DNA of 64,000 nucleotides from Alphaproteobacteria bacterium. GTDB taxonomy: Bacteria; Pseudomonadota; Alphaproteobacteria; Micavibrionales; UBA2020. Numbering within the stretch: the stretch's first letter is position 1; every line of letters starts with the position of its first letter. The position numbers were made by a program, and so were the translations under genes. The stretch spans positions 335,240 to 399,239 of the forward strand of contig JAEUKT010000002.1 in the NCBI GenBank assembly GCA_016794125.1, read 5' to 3'. Positions 40,503 to 50,748 of this stretch are shown here, one piece after another. The notes below the pieces were generated by a model. The model saw only the letters and a list, made by a program, of their open reading frames with translations. It ran no database searches and was not told the origin of the DNA.

Positions 40503-41900
40503 TTAGTGTTCGAGCGCCTTGATGACGCCTTCGCACATCGCTTTCGCGTCGCCCAGCAGCATCATCGTGTTGTCATAAAAGAACAGCTCGTTATCGATAC
40601 CGGCATAGCCGGAGCCGAGGGAGCGTTTGATGAACAGCACCGTGCCCGCCGATTCGACATCGAGGATCGGCATGCCGTAGATGGGCGATGCCGGGTCTTT
40701 CTTCGCGGCGGGGTTGGTGATGTCGTTCGCGCCGATGACGAAGGCGACATCGGTCTGCGCGAAATCACGGTTGATATCTTCCAGTTCCAGCACTTCGTCA
40801 TAGGGTACGTTGGCTTCGGCCAGCAGCACGTTCATATGGCCGGGCATACGGCCTGCGACGGGGTGGATGGCGTAGCGCACTTTCGTGCCGTTCTTTTTCA
40901 GCATGTCGCACATTTCGCGCAGCGCGTGCTGCGCCTGCGCGACCGCCATGCCGTAGCCAGGCACGATCACGACCGATGCCGCGTTTTTCAGGATAAAGGC
41001 CGCATCATCGGCGGAGCCGACTTTCACGGGCTTGTCGGATTTCGCCGCTGCCGCTGCGCCGCCCGCAGCCTCGCCGCCAAACCCGCCCAAAATGACGTTG
41101 AAGAAAGAACGGTTCATGCCCTTGCACATGATGTAGGACAGGATCGCGCCCGATGCGCCGACCAGCGCGCCCACGATGATCAGAAGGTTGTTTTGCAGCG
41201 TAAATCCAATGCCCGCCGCCGCCCAGCCGGAATAGCTGTTGAGCATGGAGACGATCACCGGCATATCCGCGCCGCCGATCGGGATGATCATCAGCACGCC
41301 CAGCAGCAGCGCCACCGCGACAATCGCCCAGAACAGGAATGCGGATTGCGTCATGCAGAGCAGCACGATCATGGCGACGAGCCCGAGACCCAGCAACGCG
41401 TTCAGCATATGCTGGCCCTTGAACACAACGGGCTTGCCGGTGATGAAGCCCTGCAATTTGCCGCAGGCGATGATGGAGCCGGTGAAGGTGATCGCGCCGA
41501 TCGCCACGCCAAGGCTCATTTCAATCAGGCTGCCGACATGGATATTGCCGTGTTCGCCGATGCCGTAGGCGACAGGCGAGCCGAAGGCCGCCGCCGCGAT
41601 CATGACGGCGGCAAGGCCGACGAGCGAGTGGAACGCCGCGACCAGCTGCGGCAGGTCGGTCATTTCAATTTTCTTGGCGATGAACGCGCCGATCGCGCCG
41701 CCGACCGCGATGCCGGCCACGATCAGCCCGAACCCCTGCATGTTCGGCATGAACATGGTGGTGATGATCGCCAGCGCCATGCCCGCGATGCCAAAGCGCA
41801 TCCCGCCCTTGGCCGTTTCGGGGCCGGACAGGCCGCGCAGCGCCATGATGCAGCAGACAGAAGAAACAAGGTAGGCCAGCAATGATACGGTCATGGACAT
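40503..41900 (-). CDS. pntB: NAD(P) transhydrogenase subunit beta
   Basis: Polytopic N-terminal domain plus a C-terminal NADP(H)-binding domain (VPGYGMAVAQAQH, YAIHPVAGRMPGHMNVLLAEA). Confidence 0.95.
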   Translation of the reverse strand: MSMTVSLLAYLVSSVCCIMALRGLSGPETAKGGMRFGIAGMALAIITTMFMPNMQGFGLIVAGIAVGGAIGAFIAKKIEMTDLPQLVAAFHSLVGLAAVMIAAAAFGSPVAYGIGEHGNIHVGSLIEMSLGVAIGAITFTGSIIACGKLQGFITGKPVVFKGQHMLNALLGLGLVAMIVLLCMTQSAFLFWAIVAVALLLGVLMIIPIGGADMPVIVSMLNSYSGWAAAGIGFTLQNNLLIIVGALVGASGAILSYIMCKGMNRSFFNVILGGFGGEAAGGAAAAAKSDKPVKVGSADDAAFILKNAASVVIVPGYGMAVAQAQHALREMCDMLKKNGTKVRYAIHPVAGRMPGHMNVLLAEANVPYDEVLELEDINRDFAQTDVAFVIGANDITNPAAKKDPASPIYGMPILDVESAGTVLFIKRSLGSGYAGIDNELFFYDNTMMLLGDAKAMCEGVIKALEH

Positions 41901-41912
41901 GAAAGCGATTCC

Positions 41913-42332
41913 TTATTTCTTTTTCTTTTTCGAGAACATGGCCAGCATGCGCTGCGTCACGATAAACCCGCCGAAGATATTGACGGAAGCGAGGACGACC
42001 GCAAGGAAGCCCATGCCCTTGGACAGCATGTTGTCGGACAGGCCGACAGCGATCAGCGCACCCACGATGATGACAGATGAAATGGCGTTGGTAACGGCCA
42101 TCAGCGGCGAATGCAGCGCGGGCGTGACGCGCCAGACGACGTAATATCCCACGAAGCAGGCCAGCACAAACACCGTAAGCCCGATCACGAAGAACGGCGC
42201 GCCCGCGCCATGCTGCGCGGCGGCGAGCGCGGCTTCGGATGCCGACAACTGGTTGACCAGTTCGTTAATCTGCGCGTTCAGCACCTGCGTCGTGCCCTGT
42301 ACCTTATCGGCCTGTTCTGCGAGGTTCGGCAT
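41913..42332 (-). CDS. pntAB: NAD(P) transhydrogenase subunit alpha part 2 (membrane)
   Basis: 139-aa hydrophobic protein between pntAA and pntB, the split-alpha organisation typical of alphaproteobacteria. Confidence 0.9.
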   Translation of the reverse strand: MPNLAEQADKVQGTTQVLNAQINELVNQLSASEAALAAAQHGAGAPFFVIGLTVFVLACFVGYYVVWRVTPALHSPLMAVTNAISSVIIVGALIAVGLSDNMLSKGMGFLAVVLASVNIFGGFIVTQRMLAMFSKKKKK

Positions 42333-42341
42333 GGCTGCTCC

Positions 42342-43469
42342 TTATGCCTTGAAGTTGGGATGGACGATCTCGCCGTCGCGGGTCAAGACGGTCGCTTTCA
42401 CGATTTCGTCTTCCCAGTTGATTTTCAGGTTCTTGCTTTCCTTGTCCACCAGCGGGGTCAGGAAGTTGACGAGGTTGCGCGCGTACAGCGCCGATGCGTC
42501 GACCGCGATGCGGCTGGGCATGTTCGGGTGGCCGACGATTTTCACGCCGCCCACATCGACCACTTCGCCCGATTTGGCGAGCGAGACGTTGCCGCCCTGC
42601 TCCACCGCGAGATCGACGATGACGGAACCCGGCTTCATCGATTTCACCATCTCGTCACTCACCAGCACCGGCGCCTTGCGGCCGGGGATCAGCGCAGTCG
42701 TAATAACAATATCCTGTTTCTTGATCGTATCGGCGATCAGCGCGGCCTGTTGTTTCTTGTAATCGTCGCTCATTTCTTTCGCGTAGCCGCCAGCGGTTTC
42801 GGCCGCTTTCGTTTCTTCGTTTTCGACCATCACGAAGGTCGCGCCAAGGCTCTGCACCTGTTCTTTGGCGGCGGCGCGCACGTCGGTTGCGGAAACAACA
42901 GCACCGAGGCGGCGCGCGGTTGCAATCGCCTGCAACCCCGCAACGCCCGCGCCCATGATGAAAACTTTTGCCGCAGGAACCGTGCCCGCCGCCGTCATCA
43001 TCATCGGGAAGCCGCGGCCGAATTCATTGGCCGCTTCCAGCACGGCGCGATAACCCGCAAGGTTCGCCTGTGATGACAGCACGTCCATCGTCTGGGCGCG
43101 CGTGATGCGCGGCACGAGTTCCATCGAAAATGCCGCGATGCCCTGCGCCGCGTAGGTTTTCAAAAATTCCTTGTCGTTATATGGGGCCAGCATACCGATC
43201 AGCACCGCGCCCTTTTTCATTTTGCCGGTTTCGGCAGCGGAAGGGTTGCGCACACGCAAGACAACATCGGCATCCTTATATGCTTCGTCCTGCGAGACCA
43301 CTTTCGCGCCCGCCGCTTCGAACTGGCTGTCGGGATAGCTCGACAATGCGCCCGCGCCCGTTTCGACGAAAACATCCGCGCCGAGCGAGATGAGTTTGCG
43401 CACAGAATCCGGCGATGCCGCCACGCGCTTTTCCGCCTGTGCCGTTTCTTTGCCGATTGCGATTTTCAT
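42342..43469 (-). CDS. pntAA: NAD(P) transhydrogenase subunit alpha part 1 (dI, NAD(H)-binding)
   Basis: MKIAIGKE..., Rossmann motif IMGAGVAGLQAI, alanine-dehydrogenase-like fold motifs. Confidence 0.95.
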   Translation of the reverse strand: MKIAIGKETAQAEKRVAASPDSVRKLISLGADVFVETGAGALSSYPDSQFEAAGAKVVSQDEAYKDADVVLRVRNPSAAETGKMKKGAVLIGMLAPYNDKEFLKTYAAQGIAAFSMELVPRITRAQTMDVLSSQANLAGYRAVLEAANEFGRGFPMMMTAAGTVPAAKVFIMGAGVAGLQAIATARRLGAVVSATDVRAAAKEQVQSLGATFVMVENEETKAAETAGGYAKEMSDDYKKQQAALIADTIKKQDIVITTALIPGRKAPVLVSDEMVKSMKPGSVIVDLAVEQGGNVSLAKSGEVVDVGGVKIVGHPNMPSRIAVDASALYARNLVNFLTPLVDKESKNLKINWEDEIVKATVLTRDGEIVHPNFKA

Positions 43470-43535
43470 ATTGAATCCCCTACGTCTAAGCCATTCAGAT
43501 AATGGACTGTTCGCGGGTTTTTGGGAAGCAGGATG

Positions 43536-44906
43536 TTAGTGCTGTGCCTTGATATCGAATTTACGTAGCGCGGCTTTCTGGCGGCTGGCCAGTTCCTTCA
43601 CGTCGAAATCGGCGATCAATTCGTTGAACAGGTCGTGCCAGTTCATTTCGGCCTTGAGGTGCAGGAAGACGGAGCCAAGGCCGAGCGCCGCACGATCCAT
43701 AAAGACGAATTCGCGGGGCACCTTGATGCCGCCGACTTTCTTCAGCTCGGCATGCACCTTGGAGGCAATCTCGCGGCCATATACCCCGCCCTGCTCCACC
43801 ACGCCGATCGGGCGCACGGCATCGTCGAGCACCGGACCATAAAGGAACCCCGCCCACATATTGAGCACGTCGATTGCGTCTTTTTTCAGCCCCTTGAAGC
43901 CCCAGCTTTCATAGGCCGCGACCGCCATGTCGCGATCCTGCTTTTGAAGCGCGTGATAAAGCGTGATGACGCCTTCGACGAAACGCGGCGGAAAAACGCG
44001 CACGCAGCCGAAATCGAGCAGGTTGATGGAGTTGTCTTTTTGCACCTGATAATTGCCCAGATGCGGGTCGCCGTGGATAACCCCGTAATAATACAGCGGC
44101 ACATACCAGGCGCGGAACAGGTTATGCGCGATTTCGTTCCGGCGCGCAGGCTTTTCCTTGATGAAATCGAGGATATGCCCGCCATCGAGCCATGTAGAGG
44201 TCAGCAAGCGGCTGGTTGAAAGTTCGGGAATGACCGTCGGCACATGCACATTGTCTTCGTCCTGCAGCATAAAGCCGTAAAGCGCCTCGTGTTTCGCCTC
44301 CAGCTTGTAATCGAGTTCTTCATAGAGCCGGTCGGTGATTTCTTTCTGTATTTCGCCGGTGCTGACAGAATTATCGTATTTTTCAAATACACCCATGATG
44401 AGGCCGAGCTGTTTCAGGTCGGCCTCGACCGCCGATACCATGTCGGGATATTGCAATTTGCAGGCGACTTTCTGCCCGTCCAGCGTCACCGCGCGATGCA
44501 CCTGCCCCAGCGATGCGGCAGCGGCGGCTTCGCGTTCGAACGACTTGAATTTCGATTCCCAATCCGCGCCCAGTTCGGCGATCATGCGGCGGCGGACGAA
44601 CAGCCAGCCCATAGGCGGGGCCTGGCTTTGCAATTTCTGCATCTCCGCCGCATATTCCTTGGGCAGCACGTTGGGGATGGTGGCCAGCAGCTGCGCGACC
44701 TTGAGCAGCGGGCCCTTCAGCTCGCCCAGGCTCTCCATCAGCTGTTTGGCATGGATCGGTTTGTCGATATCCATGCCGAGGTATTTTTGCCCTGCAAGGC
44801 GCGCGGCAAGGCCGGTCATGGTCGTCGAGACCTTGGCGTATCTTTTGATGCGCCGCCCGATATGGCCCTTTTCGCGGCCCGATTTTCCCGGTTTCTTGTC
44901 CGTCAT
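43536..44906 (-). CDS. ABC1/UbiB (COQ8-like) atypical kinase family protein
   Basis: AAASLGQVHRA, KLQYP and HGDPHLGN motifs of the ABC1 family. No C-terminal TM helices. Start ATG at 44906 (MTDKKPG...). Confidence 0.85.
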   Translation of the reverse strand: MTDKKPGKSGREKGHIGRRIKRYAKVSTTMTGLAARLAGQKYLGMDIDKPIHAKQLMESLGELKGPLLKVAQLLATIPNVLPKEYAAEMQKLQSQAPPMGWLFVRRRMIAELGADWESKFKSFEREAAAAASLGQVHRAVTLDGQKVACKLQYPDMVSAVEADLKQLGLIMGVFEKYDNSVSTGEIQKEITDRLYEELDYKLEAKHEALYGFMLQDEDNVHVPTVIPELSTSRLLTSTWLDGGHILDFIKEKPARRNEIAHNLFRAWYVPLYYYGVIHGDPHLGNYQVQKDNSINLLDFGCVRVFPPRFVEGVITLYHALQKQDRDMAVAAYESWGFKGLKKDAIDVLNMWAGFLYGPVLDDAVRPIGVVEQGGVYGREIASKVHAELKKVGGIKVPREFVFMDRAALGLGSVFLHLKAEMNWHDLFNELIADFDVKELASRQKAALRKFDIKAQH

Positions 44907-44953
44907 GACAAGAAGATGATAGCACGCCCCCAAAAAGTCGAGAAAATTTTATA

Positions 44954-46891
44954 TTATGGAGAAGCGGGTTTCGCGCCCTTGGAAGGTTTCGCCTGCGGCG
45001 CATCGTCGAGTTTTTCCAGCTCGTTCAGGTATTTGTCGATCAGCGACAGCCCCTTCTGCCAGAATTCCGGCGACTCGGGGTCGAGATCGAAGGGCTGCGT
45101 CATCTCGTACAGGTTGCGCGTGATGCCCGTTTCCAAAAGCTCGATATAGTTATCGACGAATTCCTGTTTCGCTTCGGGCCCTTCCTTCTCTGCCGCCTTG
45201 TAGGCCTGATACAGTCCGCTCACCATGTTCTGCGCGAAGGAATAGGAATAGACGTAGAAGGGCGTGTCGTAGAAATGCGGGATGACCATCCAGTAATAAC
45301 GGTCGTATTTATCGGTTTCGACGGCGGGGCCGAAATATTCCTTTTGCGTCTGGATCCAGATATCGGAAATATCCTCGACCGACAGCTCGCCTTTTTTACG
45401 CGCCTCATGCGCCTTGCGTTCGAAATCGTAATACGACAGCTGCTGCATAGAATTGAGGATCATGCCCTCGACCTTGTCCTTCAGCAGGTCTTTTTTGCGC
45501 GCGGGGTCTTTTTCCTTGGCCAGCATTTCCTCGAATACCAGCATTTCGGCGAAGATGCTGGCGGTTTCCGATACCGCCGTGGACATTTCGGACAGGAACA
45601 AGCCGCGCGCCTGTTCCGCCAAAACCTGATGCACGCCATGACCCAGTTCGTGGCCGAGCGTGACCAGTGAATCGCGGTCGCCCGTATAGCTCATGAACAC
45701 GAAGGGCGAATTTTCCGGCCCGGTCGGCATGGCGAAGGCACCGGTTTCTTTGTCGGGGCGCGGCTGCGCGTCGATGCGGTTCTGGTCGAAAAATTTCTGC
45801 GCGATGCGCGCGAATTTGGGCGAAAATTTCTTGAAGGCGCGCAGGATGGTGCGGCGCGCGTCATCGAAACTGTATTCCGCTTCATCCTTCGGTGCGTTCG
45901 GCAGCGGGCGGCCCAGTTGCGCGCGCGGCATCACCTCCACGCCGTGCTGTTCGGCCTTCCAGCTGTAAAAACGGTGCGACAATTTGGAATAATTCGCCTT
46001 CACCGTCGCCGCCATCGTATCGACGATTTCGGGCGACAGCAGGTTGCCGCGGTTTTCTTCCTCGTCAGGGCGAGAATATTTGTTCAATTCGGTATAGGTC
46101 AGCGTGTCGCGCATCAGGGTGTTATAAATCAGCGCCATGCGCTTCGACCCCGCCTCCAGCACGTCGCCGAGTTTTGCGCGCAGGGCTTCGCGCTCCTCGA
46201 TCGTCTCGAAACCCTTGGTGCCGAACAGTTCATGCGCTTCGTCGAGGGAGATTTTCTTGCCGCCGACTTCGACGCGCATGCCGTTTAGCGTTTCGTGGTA
46301 CAGCCTGCGCCATGCGTCGCTATTGCTGGCGGCATATTCCGCGCTTAAAGACGCCACATCGCCATCAATCTGTTCCGACCGGCCGCCGCGCACGCGCGCG
46401 ATCCAGGGCGCATAAGGCGCAAGATCGGGCGCGGCGAGTTTGGTCATCAGGTCGCGTTCTTTCATCGCCAGCAATTCTTCTTCGAAAAAGCCGGTATGTT
46501 CGCCGACCTCGCCCATCCATTTCTTGATGGATTCTGTTTTGGAGAAGTTGTTGAGGTTATCGGCCTCCAACAGCCCGACATAGCAGGAAATTTTCGTGCG
46601 CATGTTTTCGATCGCCTCGTATTCGGCGACCGCTTCGCCCAGCTGCGGGCCGGTGAGGTAGGCGATGGTGGTATTGTATTCGTCGTAGAATTTTTTTGCG
46701 CGGGTTTCCAGCGCATCCTTGTCCGCCTCCAGCTCGGGCGAATTAAGCGCGGGATAAAGCTGCGTCAAATCCCAGCGCGGCAGGTTGTCGTTGCCGGCGG
46801 GCACGGGATCGGCGGCGGCGTTGAAGCTGCGCGCCGGTTGCGGGCTGGGCTTGCGCGCGCGGGAAAAATCTTCGCGCAGGTGCTTTTTCAT
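44954..46891 (-). CDS. M3 family oligoendopeptidase (PepF-like)
   Basis: HELGHGVH zinc site with downstream ETASIFAE and an N-terminal LPRWDLTQLYP motif. Lys/Pro tail ...DDAPQAKPSKGAKPASP-stop. Confidence 0.9.
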   Translation of the reverse strand: MKKHLREDFSRARKPSPQPARSFNAAADPVPAGNDNLPRWDLTQLYPALNSPELEADKDALETRAKKFYDEYNTTIAYLTGPQLGEAVAEYEAIENMRTKISCYVGLLEADNLNNFSKTESIKKWMGEVGEHTGFFEEELLAMKERDLMTKLAAPDLAPYAPWIARVRGGRSEQIDGDVASLSAEYAASNSDAWRRLYHETLNGMRVEVGGKKISLDEAHELFGTKGFETIEEREALRAKLGDVLEAGSKRMALIYNTLMRDTLTYTELNKYSRPDEEENRGNLLSPEIVDTMAATVKANYSKLSHRFYSWKAEQHGVEVMPRAQLGRPLPNAPKDEAEYSFDDARRTILRAFKKFSPKFARIAQKFFDQNRIDAQPRPDKETGAFAMPTGPENSPFVFMSYTGDRDSLVTLGHELGHGVHQVLAEQARGLFLSEMSTAVSETASIFAEMLVFEEMLAKEKDPARKKDLLKDKVEGMILNSMQQLSYYDFERKAHEARKKGELSVEDISDIWIQTQKEYFGPAVETDKYDRYYWMVIPHFYDTPFYVYSYSFAQNMVSGLYQAYKAAEKEGPEAKQEFVDNYIELLETGITRNLYEMTQPFDLDPESPEFWQKGLSLIDKYLNELEKLDDAPQAKPSKGAKPASP

Positions 46892-48834
46892 CCGCCCCCC
46901 ATTTTCGGCCCCTTGCGGGCATGCCGGTTCGAGGGCGGATCGACGGCATGGGGCTTGTCGTCGTTCACGGCGCGTTTCAGGTCGGAAACCTCGCCCGCCG
47001 CGTTTTTAAAATCCTGATGCGTTTTGTGGATCGCGTCGATGCGGCGGTCCAGTTGTTCGACCTCGTCGATATAACGCTCGATAACCGCCAATCCCTTCTT
47101 CCAGAATTGCGGATCGGTGGTATCAAACCCGAATTCGGCCAACGCGACTTCGTGCCGCCTTGTGCCGCCCGCCTTCAGCATATCTTCGTATTTCTCGATA
47201 AAGACCTGTTTGTCGGGCGCTTTGGTGTATTCGTCATACAGTGCGTTCACCATGCAGTCGCCGAAGGAATAGGCGTAGACATAGAACGGCGTATGGATGA
47301 AATGCGGCACATACATCCAGAAATTTTCCGCGCCCGGCACATCGAGGTTGACGGCGGGGCCCAGACTATCCTTCTGCGTCTGCTGCCAGATGTCGGAAAT
47401 ACGCTCCGGCGACAGCTCGCCTTTTTCGCGACGTTCTTCGTGAAGTTTTTGTTCAAAGGTAAAAAACGCCGCCTGCCGGTTAACGGTGTTCAGCATGCCT
47501 TCGACCTTTTCGGCCAGCATGTTGCGGCGCGCGACCAAGTCGTCTTCGCGCCCCAGCAGTTCGCGGAACACGATCATTTCGCCGAATACGCTGGCGGTTT
47601 CGGCGAGCGTCAGCGGCGTGTCGGATTTCAAGAACCCCTGCTTCGATGCCATCACCTGATGGATGCCATGCCCCAGTTCATGCGCCAGCGTCATCACATC
47701 GGCGGCCGAGCCGAAGAAATTGAGCAGGATATAGGGATGCGCCGACGGCACAGCGGGATGGGCGAAACCGCCACTGTCTTTCCCTGCGCGGGGTTCAGCA
47801 TCGATCCAGCCCTTGTCGAAAAATTCGCGGCCGATCTTTTCCATTTCCGGTGAAATCTTGCCAAATCCTGCCAGCACGATTTCTTTTGCTTCGTCCCATG
47901 TATAGCGCGTATTCGCTTCGCCCGGCAGCGGCGCATTCCGGTCGGCGGGGTGCAGGCGCGCGACGCCCGCTTTTTTCGCTTTCCATGCGTAATAGCGGTG
48001 CGACGTTTTGGCGTAGTTATCGCGCACGGCCTTCAGCAGCGCATCGACCGTTTCCTGATCGATCTGGTTTTCAAGATGCTGGCGCGATTCAGGTTTTTCG
48101 AAATTGCGCCAGCGGTCATCGACCGATTTCAGGTCGGCAAGCGTGTTGGTGATGAGCGCGAAGGCCTTTTTATTCTCGCCCAACTCGCGGCCGAAGGCGT
48201 TATAGGCTTCGCGGCGCAGTTTCGCGTCGGTCGAGGTGTCGATGATGTTGACGGCTTCGGCCTCGGTCATCTCCTTGCCGCGCACAGTCACGCGCAGGTC
48301 GATCATCATCTGGTTGTAAAGCCGGCGCCAGGCTTCTTCGGCGACGGGTTCCATCTGGTGCTGGAATTTTTCGGCCGCGTCCGACAGCTGGTGTTCGCGC
48401 ATGGAGCGCACGCGGCCGATCCACGGCGCATACTGCGCAAGCTTGGGCGCGGCAATTTTCTGCAGCAGGTCGGCTTCCTTGATCTTGTTGATTTCAAGGG
48501 TAAAAAACAAAAGAGATTCCGACGATTTGCGCAGCCGGTCGGATGCATCCTGCGCCCATGCGCTTTGTTCGTTGTCAATCGAACGCGTGAGTTCGATATA
48601 CGTCGCAACGCGCGCGATGGATTCGGAAATTTTTTCGAACTGCTCGATGGCGTCGCCCAGATTCTGGCCGGACAGTTTGGCGACCTTGCCGGAAAAAGTT
48701 GCGGCGAATTTGGCGGTCGCTGTTTCGATATCGGCGAAGGCGGCGGTGAATTCTTTTGAATCCTGCGACGGGAACAGGTCGCGCAAATCCCAGCGCGGGA
48801 GTTTTTCCTGTCTTGGCCTTGTCGTATCCGTCAT
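46888..48834 (-). CDS. M3 family oligoendopeptidase (PepF-like), tandem paralog
   Basis: HELGHGIH, ETASVFGE and LPRWDLRDLFP motifs. 4-nt overlap with the downstream paralog. Tail ...DDKPHAVDPPSNRHARKGPKMGGG. Confidence 0.9.
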   Translation of the reverse strand: MTDTTRPRQEKLPRWDLRDLFPSQDSKEFTAAFADIETATAKFAATFSGKVAKLSGQNLGDAIEQFEKISESIARVATYIELTRSIDNEQSAWAQDASDRLRKSSESLLFFTLEINKIKEADLLQKIAAPKLAQYAPWIGRVRSMREHQLSDAAEKFQHQMEPVAEEAWRRLYNQMMIDLRVTVRGKEMTEAEAVNIIDTSTDAKLRREAYNAFGRELGENKKAFALITNTLADLKSVDDRWRNFEKPESRQHLENQIDQETVDALLKAVRDNYAKTSHRYYAWKAKKAGVARLHPADRNAPLPGEANTRYTWDEAKEIVLAGFGKISPEMEKIGREFFDKGWIDAEPRAGKDSGGFAHPAVPSAHPYILLNFFGSAADVMTLAHELGHGIHQVMASKQGFLKSDTPLTLAETASVFGEMIVFRELLGREDDLVARRNMLAEKVEGMLNTVNRQAAFFTFEQKLHEERREKGELSPERISDIWQQTQKDSLGPAVNLDVPGAENFWMYVPHFIHTPFYVYAYSFGDCMVNALYDEYTKAPDKQVFIEKYEDMLKAGGTRRHEVALAEFGFDTTDPQFWKKGLAVIERYIDEVEQLDRRIDAIHKTHQDFKNAAGEVSDLKRAVNDDKPHAVDPPSNRHARKGPKMGGG

Positions 48835-48995
48835 CAGGCTTCCAAAAAGATGCGTTTATTAAGAAGCTTGTCGCTTCTTTACCGGGCACACTCTCTCCGC
48901 CGCTCTTTTTTCAGATAGGGAATCCTAGCACGCTCGTCCGGTTCTGGCAAAACGCTGATTTCGTGACGGAATACTGCGGCGCAACAGTTTGAAAT

Positions 48996-50003
48996 TTAGT
49001 TGCGGAAGGCAGAGATGCGGTTGCGGCCGGCCTTTTTTGCGTCATAGACCGCGCTGTCGGCACGGCTGAGCGGGCCTTCGATGGTGGTTTCACCGTCCTT
49101 GAACTGGGCGATGCCGATCGAGACGGTGAAGCTGATTTTATGTTCGTTATAGGTCAGCACGCTTTCGCCGACAATTTTACGTAAACGCTCGGCAATGATA
49201 CTCGCGCCCTCGATATCGGTTTCGGGCAGCAGCGCCACGAATTCTTCGCCGCCCCAGCGGCCGAAAATATCAACATTCCGTAAAGTGTTCGTGCAGAGCG
49301 CGGTGAAACGCTGCAGCGCCTTGTCGCCTGCCGAATGGCCGTAGCTATCGTTCAGCTTTTTGAACAGGTCGAGGTCGAACATGATGAGCGAGAGCGGATG
49401 GTGGTAGCGGTGCGAACGCAGGGCTTCCCGCTCCACCATCAGCGAAAATTCGCGGCGGTTATACGCACCTGTCAGCGGATCGGTGGCGGCAAGACGCAGC
49501 AGTTCTTCTTCCGTCTTCTTGCTCTGGCTGATGTCGCGGAAGATGGCGGCGTAGTAAATCGCGCCGCCCTGCGTCAGCCGCAGGATCTGCGCGCTGGCCG
49601 TGAATTCGTTGCCGTCCTTGCGGCGGCAGTGCAGCTGGCGGGTACGGCGCTGCTGGGATATCTTGCCGGTGGTTTCCGCGCCGATTTCTTCCAGTATTGC
49701 CTCGTTTTGCAGCTGGAACCGCTCGGGCATCAGCAAATCGAGCCGCTCCCCGCGGGTTTCCTTTTCGGGGTAGCCAAACATCAGCTCGGCCCCGTGGTTA
49801 AACAGGACGATGCGGTGGCTGTTATCAACGATCACCACGGCATCATCCGACTGGGTGACGATTTCCGCGCATAACAGGCCGATTTTGTTCTTTTTACCGC
49901 TGAACAGCATAATGGCTGGATTTTCCCGCTTATTTTCCACCGTTAAAGTAACAGCGTTACGGCGCAATTCCAACCGTCTCCTGTCTTTTGTTGTCAGAAT
50001 CAA
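48996..50003 (-). CDS. PAS-domain diguanylate cyclase (GGDEF)
   Basis: PAS-like N-terminal region (VVIVDNSHRIVLFNHGAELMFGY), GGEEF active site, and RNVD (RxxD I-site) five residues upstream. Confidence 0.9.
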   Translation of the reverse strand: MILTTKDRRRLELRRNAVTLTVENKRENPAIMLFSGKKNKIGLLCAEIVTQSDDAVVIVDNSHRIVLFNHGAELMFGYPEKETRGERLDLLMPERFQLQNEAILEEIGAETTGKISQQRRTRQLHCRRKDGNEFTASAQILRLTQGGAIYYAAIFRDISQSKKTEEELLRLAATDPLTGAYNRREFSLMVEREALRSHRYHHPLSLIMFDLDLFKKLNDSYGHSAGDKALQRFTALCTNTLRNVDIFGRWGGEEFVALLPETDIEGASIIAERLRKIVGESVLTYNEHKISFTVSIGIAQFKDGETTIEGPLSRADSAVYDAKKAGRNRISAFRN

Positions 50004-50088
50004 GGCGCGTGAGCTTTAATTCCGCCAAGGAAGGGGCTAGATTGAACAGGCGACTTTCCCGCAAACCGCCACGGACAGGACACGCATC

Positions 50089-50748
50089 ATGGCCAAGAAA
50101 TCCGCAAAAACCTCCCCCGACCTGCGCCGCCGCATATTCGAGGCCGCGTTGCCCGACGTCGCTTTCGACGGCTGGACGGACGAGGTGCTGGCGCGCGCGG
50201 CAAAAAAACTGAAACTGGATGACGATGCGGTGGATGAAGCTTTCCCCAAGGGGCCGGTGTCGCTCGCCGAATATTTCGCCGAATGGGCGGATGACCGCAT
50301 GGCCGAAAAACTGCAGCCGAAAAAACTGGCCGACATGCGCATCCGCGACCGCGTGGCCTTCTGCGTGCGCACGCGGCTTGAAATTTTGACCCCGCACCGC
50401 CAGGCGCTGTCATCCGCGCTGGCATTCCTGGCGATGCCGCCCCGCAACCTTGTGCTGCCGAAAATGGTGTGGCGCACGGCGGATACTATCTGGCGCGCCT
50501 GCGGCGACACATCGACCGATTACAACCATTACACCAAACGCCTGCTGCTGTCGGGCGTGCAGTCGTCGACCGCGTTGTACTGGCTGAACGACAAATCCGA
50601 CGGTTTCGAGAAAACCTGGGCCTTCCTTGCTAGCCGCATCGATGATGTGATGAAGATCGGCGGCGCGATCGGCAAGCTGAAATCCGGCGCGGAACAGGCG
50701 AAGGAAAAGGTAAAGGCGCGTGCGAAAGGCGCACGGGCGCGCGGATGA
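50089..50748 (+). CDS. COQ9-like / RpsU-divergently-transcribed family protein
   Basis: N-terminal RRRIFEAALPDVAFDGWTDEVL and RIRDRVAFCVRTRLEILTPHRQA blocks resemble the bacterial COQ9 family. Confidence 0.75.
   Translation: MAKKSAKTSPDLRRRIFEAALPDVAFDGWTDEVLARAAKKLKLDDDAVDEAFPKGPVSLAEYFAEWADDRMAEKLQPKKLADMRIRDRVAFCVRTRLEILTPHRQALSSALAFLAMPPRNLVLPKMVWRTADTIWRACGDTSTDYNHYTKRLLLSGVQSSTALYWLNDKSDGFEKTWAFLASRIDDVMKIGGAIGKLKSGAEQAKEKVKARAKGARARG

Noticed and set aside
48861-48879. AAGAAGC-TTGTC-GCTTCTT hairpin between the GGDEF gene and the PepF paralog
   Set aside because: A 7-bp A/T-containing stem without a convincing U-run on the relevant (minus) strand. Neither a terminator nor an operator can be supported.
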